Shown: positions 1 through 10,873, numbered from the stretch's first letter. The stretch: DNA of 64,000 nucleotides from Candidatus Entotheonellaceae bacterium (GCA_965238075.1 OZ250173.1:832001-896000); one strand, 5' to 3'. Program-made: numbers and translations. The notes: a model not told the origin generated them from the sequence alone.

Positions 1-1
1 G

Positions 2-3000
2 GGGCCACTGTTCGTCGTGACACCGGAGCCTGCCCGCCGCGATGAGCTCATTAACGATCTGCGTTGTTTTCTCGACGACCTGCCAAGTTCCTCATCCTGT
101 TGCCAAGAATCCAGCGCCGTCCTGGGTTACATACCCGAACCGCAGGGAGCGACCCAGACGCAAGCGCTGTCAGCCGACCTGCCCCTGTGGCGGCTGCGCA
201 ACGGCGAACCCGTGGTGGTGGTCGCCGCTGCCGCCTCGCTGCGTTACGGGACGGCACCGGGGTTGTTCGCCGAGCGCCTGCTGCCGGTCCAGGTCGGCGA
301 CGTCACCCCACTGCCGGGATTCGCTACGGCGCTGGTCCAACGCGGCTACCGGCGCACCTCCATGGTGGAGGCGGCTGGGGAGTTCGCCCTGCGCGGCGGC
401 ATCCTGGACGTTTTTTCGCCCGGGGAAAGGCGGCCCTGGCGGCTCGAATTCTTCGGTGACGAGGTGGAAACCATCCGCACCTTCGACGTCGCCTCGCAGC
501 TATCGGTGGCCGAATTGCAGCGCATCGTCATCGCGCCATTGCACGTCCTGCCGCCGCAGGGCTCCGAAACGGCGCCGGGCTGGGAGCGGCTGCGAGCGCA
601 TCTGCGCGCCCACGACTGGCATGACGCCAGAATCGCCGCCAGCTTCGAGCATTGGCGCCAGCAGCATCCCGCCGTCTGGCCGTGGGGTCTGGATACCTTT
701 TTCTTTGACGACCTTGAATGCCCATTGGCGGGCCTGCCGGACGCCGTGACGTTGTGCTGCGTCGATCTGGAAGACGTCCATCTCATCCTGGATCAACTCC
801 CGCCGCCGCTCGCCATGCGACTGGGCGACAGCACCGTGCCGTTTGCTACGGAGCGATGCGTCGCCGTGCCAACGCTGACCCGGCAACTGCGCGAGCGAAC
901 CGACGTCGCGCTGACCCGCTACCACAACCTCCAAGGCAGTGATGAGTGGTTCGTGAAGAGTGGGGAGCAAAAACCGCTAGCCACTAACCACTATCCCCGA
1001 TCCACCAACCTCACCGAACTGCGCATGCGCGGCACGCCGGCGTTTTCGGGCGACCTGGGACGCTTTATAGCGCACCTCAAACAGTGGCATGGCGATGGCT
1101 TCGGCGTGCTCATCCTGTGCCGCTCCGGCCCGGAAACACGGCGACTGCACGACGTGCTGGCGTCGTACGGCCTCGGTTGCCGCATCGCAGACACCGCCGC
1201 GCAATGCCTGAACGAAGGCGCCATCCCACCGGGCAGCACCATGCTGGCCGTAGGCAGTCTCAGCCACGGCTTCCTGTGGCCGGATGAACGCCTCGTGGTC
1301 CTGCGGGGGGGCGATCTGTTCGGCGATAAGCAGCAAACCGCGCCATCGCCCGCTGGCCCGGCGCACCCAACGAGCCACGTCAGCACGCTGCGTCCCGGCG
1401 ACCTGGTGGTGCACGCCGACTACGGCATCGGGCGCTTCGGCGGCATGACGTTCCTCGACGTCGATCACCAGGGCGGCGAATTCATGGAACTCACCTACGC
1501 CGACGAGGCCAAGCTCTACGTCCCATCCTACCGCCTTAGCCTGGTAGAGAAATACCGCAGCGGCAGCGGCAGCGGCGAAGACGTCAAGGTGTCACTCGAC
1601 CGCCTGGGCGCCGCCGCCTGGGCGCGCACCAAGGCGCGCGTCAAGGCGGCGCTGCTCGACATGGCCGGCGAACTGGTCAGCCTGCACGCCTCGCGCCAGC
1701 AGGACGTCGGCCACAGGTTTGCGACGTCCACAACGCTGCACCAGGAATTTGAAAACGCCTTCGAGTACGTCGAAACCGACGACCAGATGCAGGCCATCCA
1801 GGACGTGCTGACCGACATGGAACACCCGCGGCCCATGGAACGGCTGGTGTGCGGCGATGTCGGCTACGGCAAGACCGAGGTCGCCCTGCGCGCCGCCTTC
1901 AAGGCGGTGTTCGACGGCAAGCAGGTGGCCGTTCTGGTGCCCACCACGGTGCTGGCGCAGCAACACACCGAGACCTTTCAGCGCCGCTTCGAGGCGTTCG
2001 GCGCGCGGGTTGCCGTGCTGAGCCGCCTGAACAGCCGCAAGGAACAGACCCGAACGCTGAAGGGGCTGCAAGAGGGAACGGTCGACATCGTCATCGGCAC
2101 CCACCGCCTGCTGCAGAAGGACATCCGCTTCAAAGATTTGGGCCTGCTGGTGGTGGACGAGGAGCACCGCTTCGGCGTTGGGCACAAGGAGCGCATCAAG
2201 CGGCTGAGCATGAAGACCGACGTGCTCATCCTCACCGCCACGCCCATCCCGCGCTCACTGCAGATGGCGCTCAGCGGCCTGCGCGATTGCACCATCATGG
2301 CGACGCCGCCCGGTGGGCGCAGCGCCATTGAGACAGTGATCATGCCGTTCAGCGAAGAAATCATCGAGCGCGCCGTACGGCAGGAGTTGGCCCGGCACGG
2401 GCAGGTGTTTTTCGTGCACAACCACATCGCCAGTCTGCCGGTCATCCACGCCATGCTGCAGCGCCTGGTACCCGAGTGCCGCATCCGCCCCGCCCACGGC
2501 CAGATGCCGGAGCGCCAACTGGAGACGGTGATGCTGGATTTTCTGCGGCGCGACTTCGACCTGCTGCTGTGCACCACGATCATCGAATCCGGCCTCGACA
2601 TCCCGTCGGTCAACACCATCATCATCAACCGTGCCGACAGCTTCGGGCTGGCGCAGATGCACCAATTGCGCGGCCGGGTGGGGCGCGGCCTGATACAGGC
2701 CTATGCCTACCTGCTCATTCCCGGCGAGGCGCTGCTGTCCGGCGTGGCGCGGCGGCGGATCGAGGCGTTCGAGGAGTTTTCCGAGTTGGGGTCCGGCTTT
2801 CATCTGGCTTCCCGCGACCTGGAAATCCGCGGCGCCGGCAACCTGCTGGGGCCGCAGCAATCCGGCCACATGAACAGCGTGGGGTTCGATCTGTATTGCC
2901 AGATGATGGCCGAGGCGGTACGCGAGGCCAAGGGCGAGGCCGTCACCGTGTGGGTTGAGCCCGAACTTCGCCTAGGGGTGCAGGGTCACATTCCGGAGAG

Positions 3001-3400
3001 CTACGTGGAGAGCGAAACCCAGCGCCTGCAGTTGTACCGGCGCTTGTCGGCGGTGACGAGCAGCGCGGCGTTGCAGGCGTTGCGAAACGAAATGCAGGAT
3101 CGTTTCGGGGTGCTGCCCGAGACCACGCTGCAGCTTCTGGAGGTGTTGGAAATCAAAATCCTGGCGCGGCAATTGGCCCTGGAACGCATTGAGCAGCGGG
3201 GTACGGAAGTCCGTCTGGCATTCCACCCCTCGACGCCACTGGCGCCGGAACGACTGCTGCCCTGGCTGGAGTCCGACTACCCTGGATATCGCTTCCAATC
3301 CGAGCACGTGGTGTGCATTCCCGAGCCTGAAGGAACGCCCGCCGAGCGCCTGGTGCAGCTCAAGAGAAGCTTGCAGCGGCTCCTGGCTAGCGAGCTTTGA
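2..3400 (+). CDS. mfd: Transcription-repair coupling factor Mfd (5' end probably outside window)
   Basis: UvrB-like GEFALRGGILDVF, CarD/RID region (VVHADYGIGRF), helicase motifs GDVGYGKT, DEEHRFG and QLRGRVGR, TRG motif DLEIRGAGNLLG. The frame is open to the window edge. Confidence 0.97.
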   Translation, partial: GPLFVVTPEPARRDELINDLRCFLDDLPSSSSCCQESSAVLGYIPEPQGATQTQALSADLPLWRLRNGEPVVVVAAAASLRYGTAPGLFAERLLPVQVGDVTPLPGFATALVQRGYRRTSMVEAAGEFALRGGILDVFSPGERRPWRLEFFGDEVETIRTFDVASQLSVAELQRIVIAPLHVLPPQGSETAPGWERLRAHLRAHDWHDARIAASFEHWRQQHPAVWPWGLDTFFFDDLECPLAGLPDAVTLCCVDLEDVHLILDQLPPPLAMRLGDSTVPFATERCVAVPTLTRQLRERTDVALTRYHNLQGSDEWFVKSGEQKPLATNHYPRSTNLTELRMRGTPAFSGDLGRFIAHLKQWHGDGFGVLILCRSGPETRRLHDVLASYGLGCRIADTAAQCLNEGAIPPGSTMLAVGSLSHGFLWPDERLVVLRGGDLFGDKQQTAPSPAGPAHPTSHVSTLRPGDLVVHADYGIGRFGGMTFLDVDHQGGEFMELTYADEAKLYVPSYRLSLVEKYRSGSGSGEDVKVSLDRLGAAAWARTKARVKAALLDMAGELVSLHASRQQDVGHRFATSTTLHQEFENAFEYVETDDQMQAIQDVLTDMEHPRPMERLVCGDVGYGKTEVALRAAFKAVFDGKQVAVLVPTTVLAQQHTETFQRRFEAFGARVAVLSRLNSRKEQTRTLKGLQEGTVDIVIGTHRLLQKDIRFKDLGLLVVDEEHRFGVGHKERIKRLSMKTDVLILTATPIPRSLQMALSGLRDCTIMATPPGGRSAIETVIMPFSEEIIERAVRQELARHGQVFFVHNHIASLPVIHAMLQRLVPECRIRPAHGQMPERQLETVMLDFLRRDFDLLLCTTIIESGLDIPSVNTIIINRADSFGLAQMHQLRGRVGRGLIQAYAYLLIPGEALLSGVARRRIEAFEEFSELGSGFHLASRDLEIRGAGNLLGPQQSGHMNSVGFDLYCQMMAEAVREAKGEAVTVWVEPELRLGVQGHIPESYVESETQRLQLYRRLSAVTSSAALQALRNEMQDRFGVLPETTLQLLEVLEIKILARQLALERIEQRGTEVRLAFHPSTPLAPERLLPWLESDYPGYRFQSEHVVCIPEPEGTPAERLVQLKRSLQRLLASEL
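938..1006. repeat. Heptamer-based imperfect hairpin, in-frame within mfd
   Basis: AGTGATG AGTGGTT CGTGAAG AGTGGGG followed by inverted AACCGCT AGCCACT AACCACT; related to 28141-28206. Confidence 0.6.
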
Positions 3401-3473
3401 ATATGATAGCATTTAACTATCTCGCCTCCATGTCGTAACACATCGGATCCCTTCTCTCAGGAACACACGCCTT

Positions 3474-4754
3474 ATGGCCGAAAGAACCGCCCTACCGGGC
3501 CGCCTGCGCGTCATTCTGCCCGCTATTGTCTTGGGCCTCGGGGTGATCGTTGGCTTGTATTACGGAATCGATTATTGGATCTACACAACCAAACACGTGG
3601 TGACCGACGACGCCCGCGTCAAGGGCCTGATGGTACCGGTGGCGCCGAAGGTGGGCGGCACGGTGCGCGCCCTGCACGTCGACGAGGGCAGCGTGGTGCA
3701 GAAGGGCGACGTGCTGCTGGAAATGTACAGCACCGATTACGAGCTTCAGTTCGAAGAGACGCAGGCCCGGGTAGACATGATTGCTTTCCAGCTCAGGGTA
3801 CTGCGCGAGGAAGTTAAACTCGACAGTAAACGCGCGCGGGATCAAATCGCTCATGCCCGCGCCGAACACGCCGCCAAGCAGAGCGCCCTGGCCGAGGAGA
3901 GAACGGCGCTGGAGATCGAAACCGAACAGGTGCAAAACCAACTGGCTGAAGCCGAGGCGGCGCTCAAGGAAGCCGAGTCCACGGTCGCCGAGATGCGGGG
4001 GCAAGTGCGCAGCGCCGAGAACAACTGGGAGCGCGTCAGCACGTTATCTGACGAGGGCATTGTGTCCGCCACCATCCGCGAAGACGCCGAGGACGACCTG
4101 GCGCAAACCAAGGCCCGCCTCAGTGCCGCGCAGGAGCGTGTGGCGCAGCTTCAGGCGCGATTGGAAACTGCCCTGACCTTGAAGAAACGTATTCAACTAC
4201 GCCGCAGCCGTGTGCAGACGCTGGAGGCCGAGGTCGAAGCGGCTCTCGTCAAGGTGCGCTTGGCGGAAACCGAGGGCGAGCGCAGCCGAATTCAGGAACA
4301 GATCAACATCCTGGAGGCGCAATTCAAGGAGGCGCGCGCCAAGCGCGAGCTTGCGGAACGCAACGTGGGCAAAACGGTGCTGAGAAGCCCGCTCTCCGGC
4401 ATTATCAGCCGCAAGCGCGTCGAGGAAGGCCAGGTCGTTCAGAAGGGCCAGCCGGTGCTGGTAATCGGCGACCCCCATGATGTGTGGATCCTGGCCAACA
4501 TCAAGGAGTCGTACATCCGCGACGTGGCGGTCGGCAAGGCCGTCGACATCCAGGTAGACGCCTACCCCGACCACGAATTCCGCGGCGTCGTGGACACCAT
4601 CGGCCACGCCGCCATTTCCGAGTTCGCCCTCTTCCCCCCCACCGGCAGCTTCACCAAGGTGGAGCAACGCATCCCCGTCCAGATCACCGTCCCCAACGCC
4701 AACGGCCTCCTCAAGCCCGGCATGATGGTGGAAATCGGCATCGTCAAGGATTAG
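3474..4754 (+). CDS. HlyD/EmrA-family membrane fusion (efflux adaptor) protein
   Basis: N-terminal TM, TDDARV, lipoyl-like halves, long coiled coil, GSFTKVEQRIPV and LKPGM motifs. Confidence 0.92.
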   Translation: MAERTALPGRLRVILPAIVLGLGVIVGLYYGIDYWIYTTKHVVTDDARVKGLMVPVAPKVGGTVRALHVDEGSVVQKGDVLLEMYSTDYELQFEETQARVDMIAFQLRVLREEVKLDSKRARDQIAHARAEHAAKQSALAEERTALEIETEQVQNQLAEAEAALKEAESTVAEMRGQVRSAENNWERVSTLSDEGIVSATIREDAEDDLAQTKARLSAAQERVAQLQARLETALTLKKRIQLRRSRVQTLEAEVEAALVKVRLAETEGERSRIQEQINILEAQFKEARAKRELAERNVGKTVLRSPLSGIISRKRVEEGQVVQKGQPVLVIGDPHDVWILANIKESYIRDVAVGKAVDIQVDAYPDHEFRGVVDTIGHAAISEFALFPPTGSFTKVEQRIPVQITVPNANGLLKPGMMVEIGIVKD

Positions 4755-4760
4755 CGCGTT

Positions 4761-4890
4761 ATCGAGATCACCGTGGTTTACACGGTCCGGAACGGCCACC
4801 GCAGAATCATCACCGCGAAACGGACACGAAGGCATGAACGACGAAGCTATCACGCGCATATCGTTGGCGGAGGCAATCCGCCGTGAGGGC
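4761..4890 (+). pseudogene. BrnT toxin C-terminal fragment overlapping a BrnA-like antitoxin start
   Basis: 4761-4886 reads IEITVVYTVRNGHRRIITAKRTRRHERRSY with no start codon. An overlapping ATG gives MNDEAITRISLAEAIRREG, cut at the IS end. Confidence 0.65.
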
Positions 4891-5110
4891 GAGGTTGATC
4901 CGTTTCAGTGGACGGTTTATGACTTGGGTTTCATGCAGCTTCCTGGCAGGTCTTCTCAAAGTCGATAGGTGACTGGTAGCCCAGCCCTTGGTGACAACGG
5001 TGCGGGTTATATCATCCCTCGATGTACTCGAATATCTCACTCTGTGCCTAGCGATGATCATGGAACCGTATTCGATCGAGCAGTTCGCACTCCAGGATGG
5101 CGAAGAAGCT
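4891..5110 (-). mobile_element. IS3-family remnant (transposase C-terminus plus degenerate terminal repeat)
   Basis: Minus strand SFFAILECELLDRIRFHDHR*AQSEIFEYIEG*YNPHRCHQGLGYQSPIDFE has two internal stops, then an IS3-like end CCGTCCACTGAAACGGATCAACCTC. Confidence 0.8.
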
Positions 5111-5292
5111 CCCCGCCCTCGGCCTCCAATCGCCGAGAATTGGCGTATCCGGGCAGGAAGTGCGGGTTTGCGACGACGCCTGCCGCACCGCCGGTCGAGA
5201 CCATCGCGAACGCCGGACTCGATACCTGGTACGGACTCGGTGGGTTGTTTCACCTATCCTTTATTTTCGAGATTCAGGATACGTCGCTTTAC

Positions 5293-5757
5293 TCAACAAT
5301 CGGATGGAAGGAACTTGATAGACGTAATGGGCTTCCCGTGCATATCCCAATAGCTCCATTGGACCCCGACCCCTTCCCGCACGACCTGAGTCATCTGACT
5401 GCAGTAGGTCGTGCCGATCCGTTGTGTCATTATCTCGTCAAAATGATCAAGGTCCATATCTTCGATGCGTCGGCCAATCAGCAAGTATCGGTAGACGACA
5501 GTGGTACCCTCGCAATAAATCTCGTCAAGACGTGTTTCAGCGTCCACCATTTGAGGTTCTTGATTCGATGCCAGGAACTTGCACCACAACTCGGGATTGT
5601 CCCCTTCCAAACCCACCGGGTCCGAGAAGATTGCACGGCCTAGAAGACGGCCTATATGAGTTCCCAGACTCTCACCGATGACCCCTCCGAGCCCGATTCC
5701 GACGAGCGTTGCGAAGACTACAGCGCATACACATGTCCACACGAGAACCCTCTTCAA
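5293..5757 (-). CDS. Membrane-anchored protein, possibly AspS/GspS pilotin-like
   Basis: N-terminal TM; PQMVDAETRLD...YRY...YC...GV..WSYWD..G....DC pattern. Confidence 0.55.
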   Translation of the reverse strand: MKRVLVWTCVCAVVFATLVGIGLGGVIGESLGTHIGRLLGRAIFSDPVGLEGDNPELWCKFLASNQEPQMVDAETRLDEIYCEGTTVVYRYLLIGRRIEDMDLDHFDEIMTQRIGTTYCSQMTQVVREGVGVQWSYWDMHGKPITSIKFLPSDC

Positions 5758-5774
5758 AGGACCTATCTCCTTCG

Positions 5775-6083
5775 TTACCGATGCGGTGTGTCTACGCCAC
5801 CGGCGGCAGGCCGCTCGACCTTGATCTGGTCGGCTTGTTTCATCGCCTGGGCCAGGTCGTAGGCCGCCTGCAGGCGGTACTACGTGTTCGCGTCCCCACC
5901 GAACGCCTTGTCAAGGCGGATCGCCATCTCCGGCGAAATCCCCGACTGGCCATTGACGATGTCGGACAGTTGCTTGCGACTGACCCCAAGCTTTCTTGCG
6001 CCTTCCGTCACACTAAGCCCCAGCGGTTCCAAGCAGTCGCGACGCACGGACAGGCCCGGATGAGGCGGGTTTTTCATCAGCAT
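5775..6083 (-). pseudogene. higA: HigA antitoxin with premature TAG at 5880-5882
   Basis: MKNPPHPG...HTH...[15 protein letters not shown], then TAG where a conserved Trp is expected; the frame continues YRLQAAYDLAQA. Confidence 0.85.
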
Positions 6084-6097
6084 ATCGTGGCCCTTCT

Positions 6098-6394
6098 TCA
6101 ATGGTAATCGACGAAGTCGACGTCGCTGGCATGAACGCCCTCGAAACGGCAAACAACGCGCCAGTTACCGGACACGGTGACCGCCCAGAAACCGGCAAGC
6201 TCGCCCTTTAAGGGATGCAGCCGGAAACCCGGCAGAGCCATGCTTGTGGGCCCTGTTTTCTCGTCGAGGCGCGCCAGAATACGCTCGATCTTCGCAACGT
6301 ATACTGCTGGCACCCGTCGCCGGTCCCCCTTCTCGTAGAGAAGTTGGAGCCCCTTATGCAGCAAGAGGCAGGACCGCCTTACGAAACGCCGCAT
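6098..6394 (-). CDS. higB: HigB (RelE-superfamily) toxin with atypical N-terminus
   Basis: HKGL...[26 protein letters not shown]...DYH; ATG overlaps the upstream stop (TGATG). Confidence 0.8.
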   Translation of the reverse strand: MRRFVRRSCLLLHKGLQLLYEKGDRRRVPAVYVAKIERILARLDEKTGPTSMALPGFRLHPLKGELAGFWAVTVSGNWRVVCRFEGVHASDVDFVDYH

Positions 6395-7497
6395 CACCGC
6401 TGTTGAGCCGTACACACCGGGGGAGCCGTGTAATCCAAACCCAGCAGGCGAAAGTAGTTCTGACCCAAGGCGATATTCCGAAAGGCGTTGTCGTCCAGGT
6501 AACGATGGATCCGACTGGTGACGCGTAGCTCTCCCCGATAGACCTCGAAGCTCTTGTTCGCTGAAGCAACGAAGTCCGTTCCAGGCAGAAACCGCTCGGA
6601 GTATTCGTTCAGGAACGGAACATAGAGCGCCCGCTTGTCCGGCTTTGAGAAGTAGTGGTCGTCGATCACCCGCCAGGATAAATCCACCATCAGATTCGGA
6701 AACCGATCCAGCAGCGACTTCATCGTCTGGATGTGCAGCGCAGCATCTATGCTTGTAAGCTCCCTGGACAGCCCCATATGCATCCAGACGATCTTGTTGT
6801 CAGGATACAGACGCAGCATTTCCTCGATCAATGGCAGGAATTTCGTTGGATTCTCGTCGTTCCCCAAATCCGCGTGAATCGCCAGCGGGGCGTCCCGTTG
6901 CCGCAACTCGTTCATGAAGGGTCCCCACTGTGCAAGCTTGCCTCGCGGAACGGGTTGATGTCCATTGTTGAACAACGCCTGCTTGACCATGTTGACTTCG
7001 CCCATCCACTTGAACATGCTCGGATATTCTCTTTCCAGGAGTTGCATGCCGGGAAGGATGGACGCCGGTTGCGACAGGTCCGGGAACGTCATCGAAAGCG
7101 TCATGTGGATGCCCGGCGGAGCCTTCAGCACGTAGTTGGCGGCATTGACGAAATCGTTCTTCAGCGTGGGTGTCACCGGCGTGCCCAGACAGTCCAGGTA
7201 GTAGGTACAGGGCGACGACGCCGGAAGCATCTGCCCAATCCCATAAATGTTGACGAACCGCACTCCCGTCTTTTCCAGGTAAGAGACAACCTCCTCGAAC
7301 GGCAGCGCATGACCTCCAAACGGCCGGAAGTGCAAGTGGGCATCCACGACCGAGGTTTGGGGTTGAGTTGAGCGCTCATAACACGGGGCGCGAGCCGTCT
7401 TGAACGCCGTCAGGGTTGGCGCCGAGGCGCAACCTGCAACCGCAACGGCACTTATCAGAAGAAGGACAAACGACGTTCTTCGTGCGGTACTCTTCAT
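6394..7497 (-). CDS. Amidohydrolase-family (TIM-barrel metal-dependent) lipoprotein
   Basis: Lipobox-like AVAGC, VVDAHLH, GE, AIHAD, WMHMG, PGTDF. Confidence 0.8.
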   Translation of the reverse strand: MKSTARRTSFVLLLISAVAVAGCASAPTLTAFKTARAPCYERSTQPQTSVVDAHLHFRPFGGHALPFEEVVSYLEKTGVRFVNIYGIGQMLPASSPCTYYLDCLGTPVTPTLKNDFVNAANYVLKAPPGIHMTLSMTFPDLSQPASILPGMQLLEREYPSMFKWMGEVNMVKQALFNNGHQPVPRGKLAQWGPFMNELRQRDAPLAIHADLGNDENPTKFLPLIEEMLRLYPDNKIVWMHMGLSRELTSIDAALHIQTMKSLLDRFPNLMVDLSWRVIDDHYFSKPDKRALYVPFLNEYSERFLPGTDFVASANKSFEVYRGELRVTSRIHRYLDDNAFRNIALGQNYFRLLGLDYTAPPVCTAQQR

Positions 7498-7619
7498 AGA
7501 CGATTCCTTTGTCGGAAGGTTCTTGTCGATTCTCTGATCCATCTCAACCAACCGGTCCCAGGACCGGACGCTGCCGGTGAGCAATCACGGAACATGTTAC
7601 AGGACGAGCGCATATTCAC

Positions 7620-7709
7620 GTAGGTCGGATCAGCCGCAGGCGTAATCCGACAGCGGAAGCCTGTAGGGGCGGTGGGATGTCGGATTACGCTTCGCTAAGC
7701 CGCCCTACA
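7620..7709. repeat. GTAG-family REP doublet (REPIN-like); single copies at 8632-8661, 20285-20316 and 25827-25860
   Basis: GTAGGTCGGAT(T/C)AGC..GCGTAATCCGAC plus an inverted copy. Confidence 0.85.
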
Positions 7710-7945
7710 AGTTGATCCGAAAATGCTTTAACGGTTGCAAGTATTAGCCGGATGATGCCATATGCGCTTACCCTAGCTGTTGAGATTGCAAATGGTGAGA
7801 CGACAAGATAAAAGAGAACTCATGCCGTTTCAGGGGTATTGGCGGGTGGTCGAGGAAATTCTGACCGACGACGGCCATGTCTGACACCCGAGTATTCGGT
7901 ATCCGGATTCACCGGGCGACGGATTGGGAAACGGATCAAGAAAGG

Positions 7946-8341
7946 ATGAGCGTGATGCACAACGTCGTTCACAATGTTGGGGTTGCCGCGCAGGTCGGCA
8001 GCTACAGCGACGCCATTGAAGTGCCGCCGGGCGCACGGTGGCTGTTCACCTCGGGAACGCCGGGCCTTGCCCTGGATGGCAGATTACCGGCCGACATTAC
8101 CGGTCAAGCCGAGCTGGCCTGGGGCCACATCGTCAACATGCTGGAATCGGCGGGAATGACGGTCGACGATTTGGTCAAAGTGACCCACTATCTGCTGCAC
8201 GAGCGGGATATCCCAGATTATGTCAAGGTCCGATCACGCTTCCTGGGCGATGCGCGGCCGGCATCGATGCTGCTCACCGGCGCCGGCTTGGTGAGAGGCG
8301 AGTTTCTGCTTGAGATCGAGGCGATTGCTGCAAAGGCGTAG
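7946..8341 (+). CDS. RidA/YjgF-family protein
   Basis: YSDAIEV, LFTSG, DDLVKVTHYL, RPASM, LLEIEAIA. Confidence 0.9.
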   Translation: MSVMHNVVHNVGVAAQVGSYSDAIEVPPGARWLFTSGTPGLALDGRLPADITGQAELAWGHIVNMLESAGMTVDDLVKVTHYLLHERDIPDYVKVRSRFLGDARPASMLLTGAGLVRGEFLLEIEAIAAKA

Positions 8342-8748
8342 AGCCAACAGGCGGGCCTGCACTGGGAGGGCATTCACCCATCCGCTGCCTGAATGGCCCA
8401 CACTTTTTGGTACGCCCTGATTGTGACAGTCGCAAGGTAGTGCCGCGCAAGCTTGTCGTATCATGCGATGCAGCGCCAGACCTGCCAAGAAAGCCGAGAA
8501 ATACAGACCCAACGCAAGCCCGTTCATGCGGACCTCCCCAAACAAACGCTCAGCGCTCGCCACCTCCCGCAAGCGCTTCGCAGCGGACGTAAACCGACGG
8601 CGGGTAGGTCCCAGAATGAGCCCATATTCATGCAGGTCGGATTAGCGGAGCGTAATCCGACTTACGCGAAGCCGCCAGTTCCCTCATGGTTCGATCAGAT
8701 ACGGAAATGCTCTAAGCCCAAATGCGATCACCTCCGCTTTCCCCCTCC

Positions 8749-10830
8749 TCACGCAGACCTGCCCAGCAGCGCCGTGAGCTCGGCGGGCTCGGTGACGGGC
8801 AGGGAGCACGCGAAGTCGTGGCAGACGTAGACCGTCGCTTTGCCGTCGATCTGCGTCTTGCCGGCGAGCACGTCGCGTAGCAGGGGCAGGGCGGCGAGGG
8901 CCACGTCGGCGCGTTGCGGGTCGACCAGGACGAGGGTCTTGTGGGGCACGTAGGTGCGGTGCAGGGCGGCCAGCAGAGCCTGCGTGTCCGGCGCGCCGGG
9001 GGTGCCGATCAGCACGATTTCCTGCGGCTTTTGGAGGTAGTCGGCGCACACGCTCAACAGGCTGCCGTAGCCGAAGGGCTGTTGCTCCATGTGCTGCCGG
9101 TACAGGCGCAGTACGCTTTCGGCACGCTGCAGGTAGTCGGTTTCGCCGGTATGGGCGTAGAGGCGCAGCAGGTTGCGGGTGGCGACCGCAGTGCCTGACG
9201 GAATCGCCTGATCGGTGGCCGACTTGACGCGGTCGATCAGCGTTTCGTGGTTCCTGCCGGTGAAGAAGAAGCCGCCATTCGCCTCGTCCCAGAAGTCCCC
9301 CAGCAGCGTCGCGGTCAACTGCCGCGCCAAGTCGAAATAGGACGGCTCGAAGGTCGCCTCGAAGGCGTCGAGCAGGGCGGCGGCCAGGAAGGCATAGTCG
9401 TCGAGGTAGCCCGCCAGCTTTGACTGACCGTCCTTATGGCTGCGCAATAGCACGCCGTCGCGCAGCATGTGTTGCCGCAGAAAGGCGATGGTGTCGCGCA
9501 CCGTCTGCATCGCCTCACCGTCCCCAAGTGCACTGGCGGCGGCGATCATCCCGGAGAGCATCAGGCCATTCCAGGCGGTCAGGATTTTCTCATCGCGGAA
9601 CGGCTTGATGCGCTGTTCGCGCGCCGCAAACAGGGTGCGCCGTCCCACCTCGAGCTTTTCGCCGACCGTCGCCACGTCCTGCTGGAATAAATCGGCGAGC
9701 TGTTGCAGCGACACCGTCAGGTGCAGGATGTTGTTGCCGCTCTCCCAGTTACCGGCCTCCGTCACGTCGTAATAACGGCAGAACAGGCGGGCGTCGTCGC
9801 CCAACCGCTCGTCCACCTCGGCCTTCGTCCACACGAAAAACTTGCCCTCTTCACCCTCGCTGTCGGCGTCCTGGGTGGCGTAGAAGCCGCCCTGCGGATG
9901 GCACATTTCACGCTGCACGTAGTCCAGTGTTTCGCGCACCACGCGGGCATACTGCGCCTCGCTGGTGATCCGGTACATGGCGGCGTACAACGGCAGCAAT
10001 TGGGCGTTGTCATACAGCATCTTCTCGAAGTGCGGCACCAGCCAGTGGTCGTCCACCGAATAGCGGTGAAAGCCGCCGCCGAGTTGGTCGTAAATGCCGC
10101 CGCCGGCCATTTTGTCCAGCGACAGCTTGACCACGTTGAGGAAGTTTTCGTTGCCGCTGTAGCGCCAGTACCGCAGCAGGCAGTCGAGGTTGGTGGGGTT
10201 GGGGAATTTCGGCTGCGTGCCGAAGCCGCCGTGCACCATATCCACGTTGTTGGCGAGGGTGCGCACGGCGTTCGTCACGAGGTCGGGCGCCAAGCCCTCG
10301 CCGCTGGCCGCAAAGCCGGAGAGTTTCTGCATGGCGTCACGAATCTGCGAGGTGCTCTTGACGACGTCTTGCTGGCGGTTGTGATAGGCATCGGCGAGGG
10401 TGCGCAGGAGGCGCGGAAAGCCGGGGCGGCCGTAGCGGTCGTCGGGCGGGAAGTAGGTGCCGCCGTAGAACGGCTCCTGATCCGGGGTGAGGAACATGGT
10501 CAGCGGCCAGCCGCCCTGACCGGTGAACAACTGCACGGCGGTCTGGTAGATGTGATCCAGGTCGGGGCGCTCCTCGCGGTCGACCTTGATATTCACGAAG
10601 TGCTCATTCATAAGCGCCGCGATCTGCTCGTCCTCGAACGATTCCCGCTCCATGACGTGGCACCAGTGGCAGGCGGAGTAGCCGATGGACAGCAAGATAG
10701 GTCGGTTTTCAGCGCGGGCTTTGTCGAGTGCCTCAGGGCCCCAGGCATGCCAGTCGACCGGGTTGTGGGCGTGCTGAATCAAGTAAGGACTGGTTTCGTG
10801 GATCAGACGGTTGGCGCGTTGGTCATTCAT
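8749..10830 (-). CDS. Thioredoxin-domain / six-hairpin glycosidase-like protein (YyaL/SSP411 family)
   Basis: [41 protein letters not shown]. Confidence 0.95.
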   Translation of the reverse strand: MNDQRANRLIHETSPYLIQHAHNPVDWHAWGPEALDKARAENRPILLSIGYSACHWCHVMERESFEDEQIAALMNEHFVNIKVDREERPDLDHIYQTAVQLFTGQGGWPLTMFLTPDQEPFYGGTYFPPDDRYGRPGFPRLLRTLADAYHNRQQDVVKSTSQIRDAMQKLSGFAASGEGLAPDLVTNAVRTLANNVDMVHGGFGTQPKFPNPTNLDCLLRYWRYSGNENFLNVVKLSLDKMAGGGIYDQLGGGFHRYSVDDHWLVPHFEKMLYDNAQLLPLYAAMYRITSEAQYARVVRETLDYVQREMCHPQGGFYATQDADSEGEEGKFFVWTKAEVDERLGDDARLFCRYYDVTEAGNWESGNNILHLTVSLQQLADLFQQDVATVGEKLEVGRRTLFAAREQRIKPFRDEKILTAWNGLMLSGMIAAASALGDGEAMQTVRDTIAFLRQHMLRDGVLLRSHKDGQSKLAGYLDDYAFLAAALLDAFEATFEPSYFDLARQLTATLLGDFWDEANGGFFFTGRNHETLIDRVKSATDQAIPSGTAVATRNLLRLYAHTGETDYLQRAESVLRLYRQHMEQQPFGYGSLLSVCADYLQKPQEIVLIGTPGAPDTQALLAALHRTYVPHKTLVLVDPQRADVALAALPLLRDVLAGKTQIDGKATVYVCHDFACSLPVTEPAELTALLGRSA

Positions 10831-10873
10831 GGATCACTCCATAGCTGGCAGGCCTTGAATCGGGGTGAAAAAT

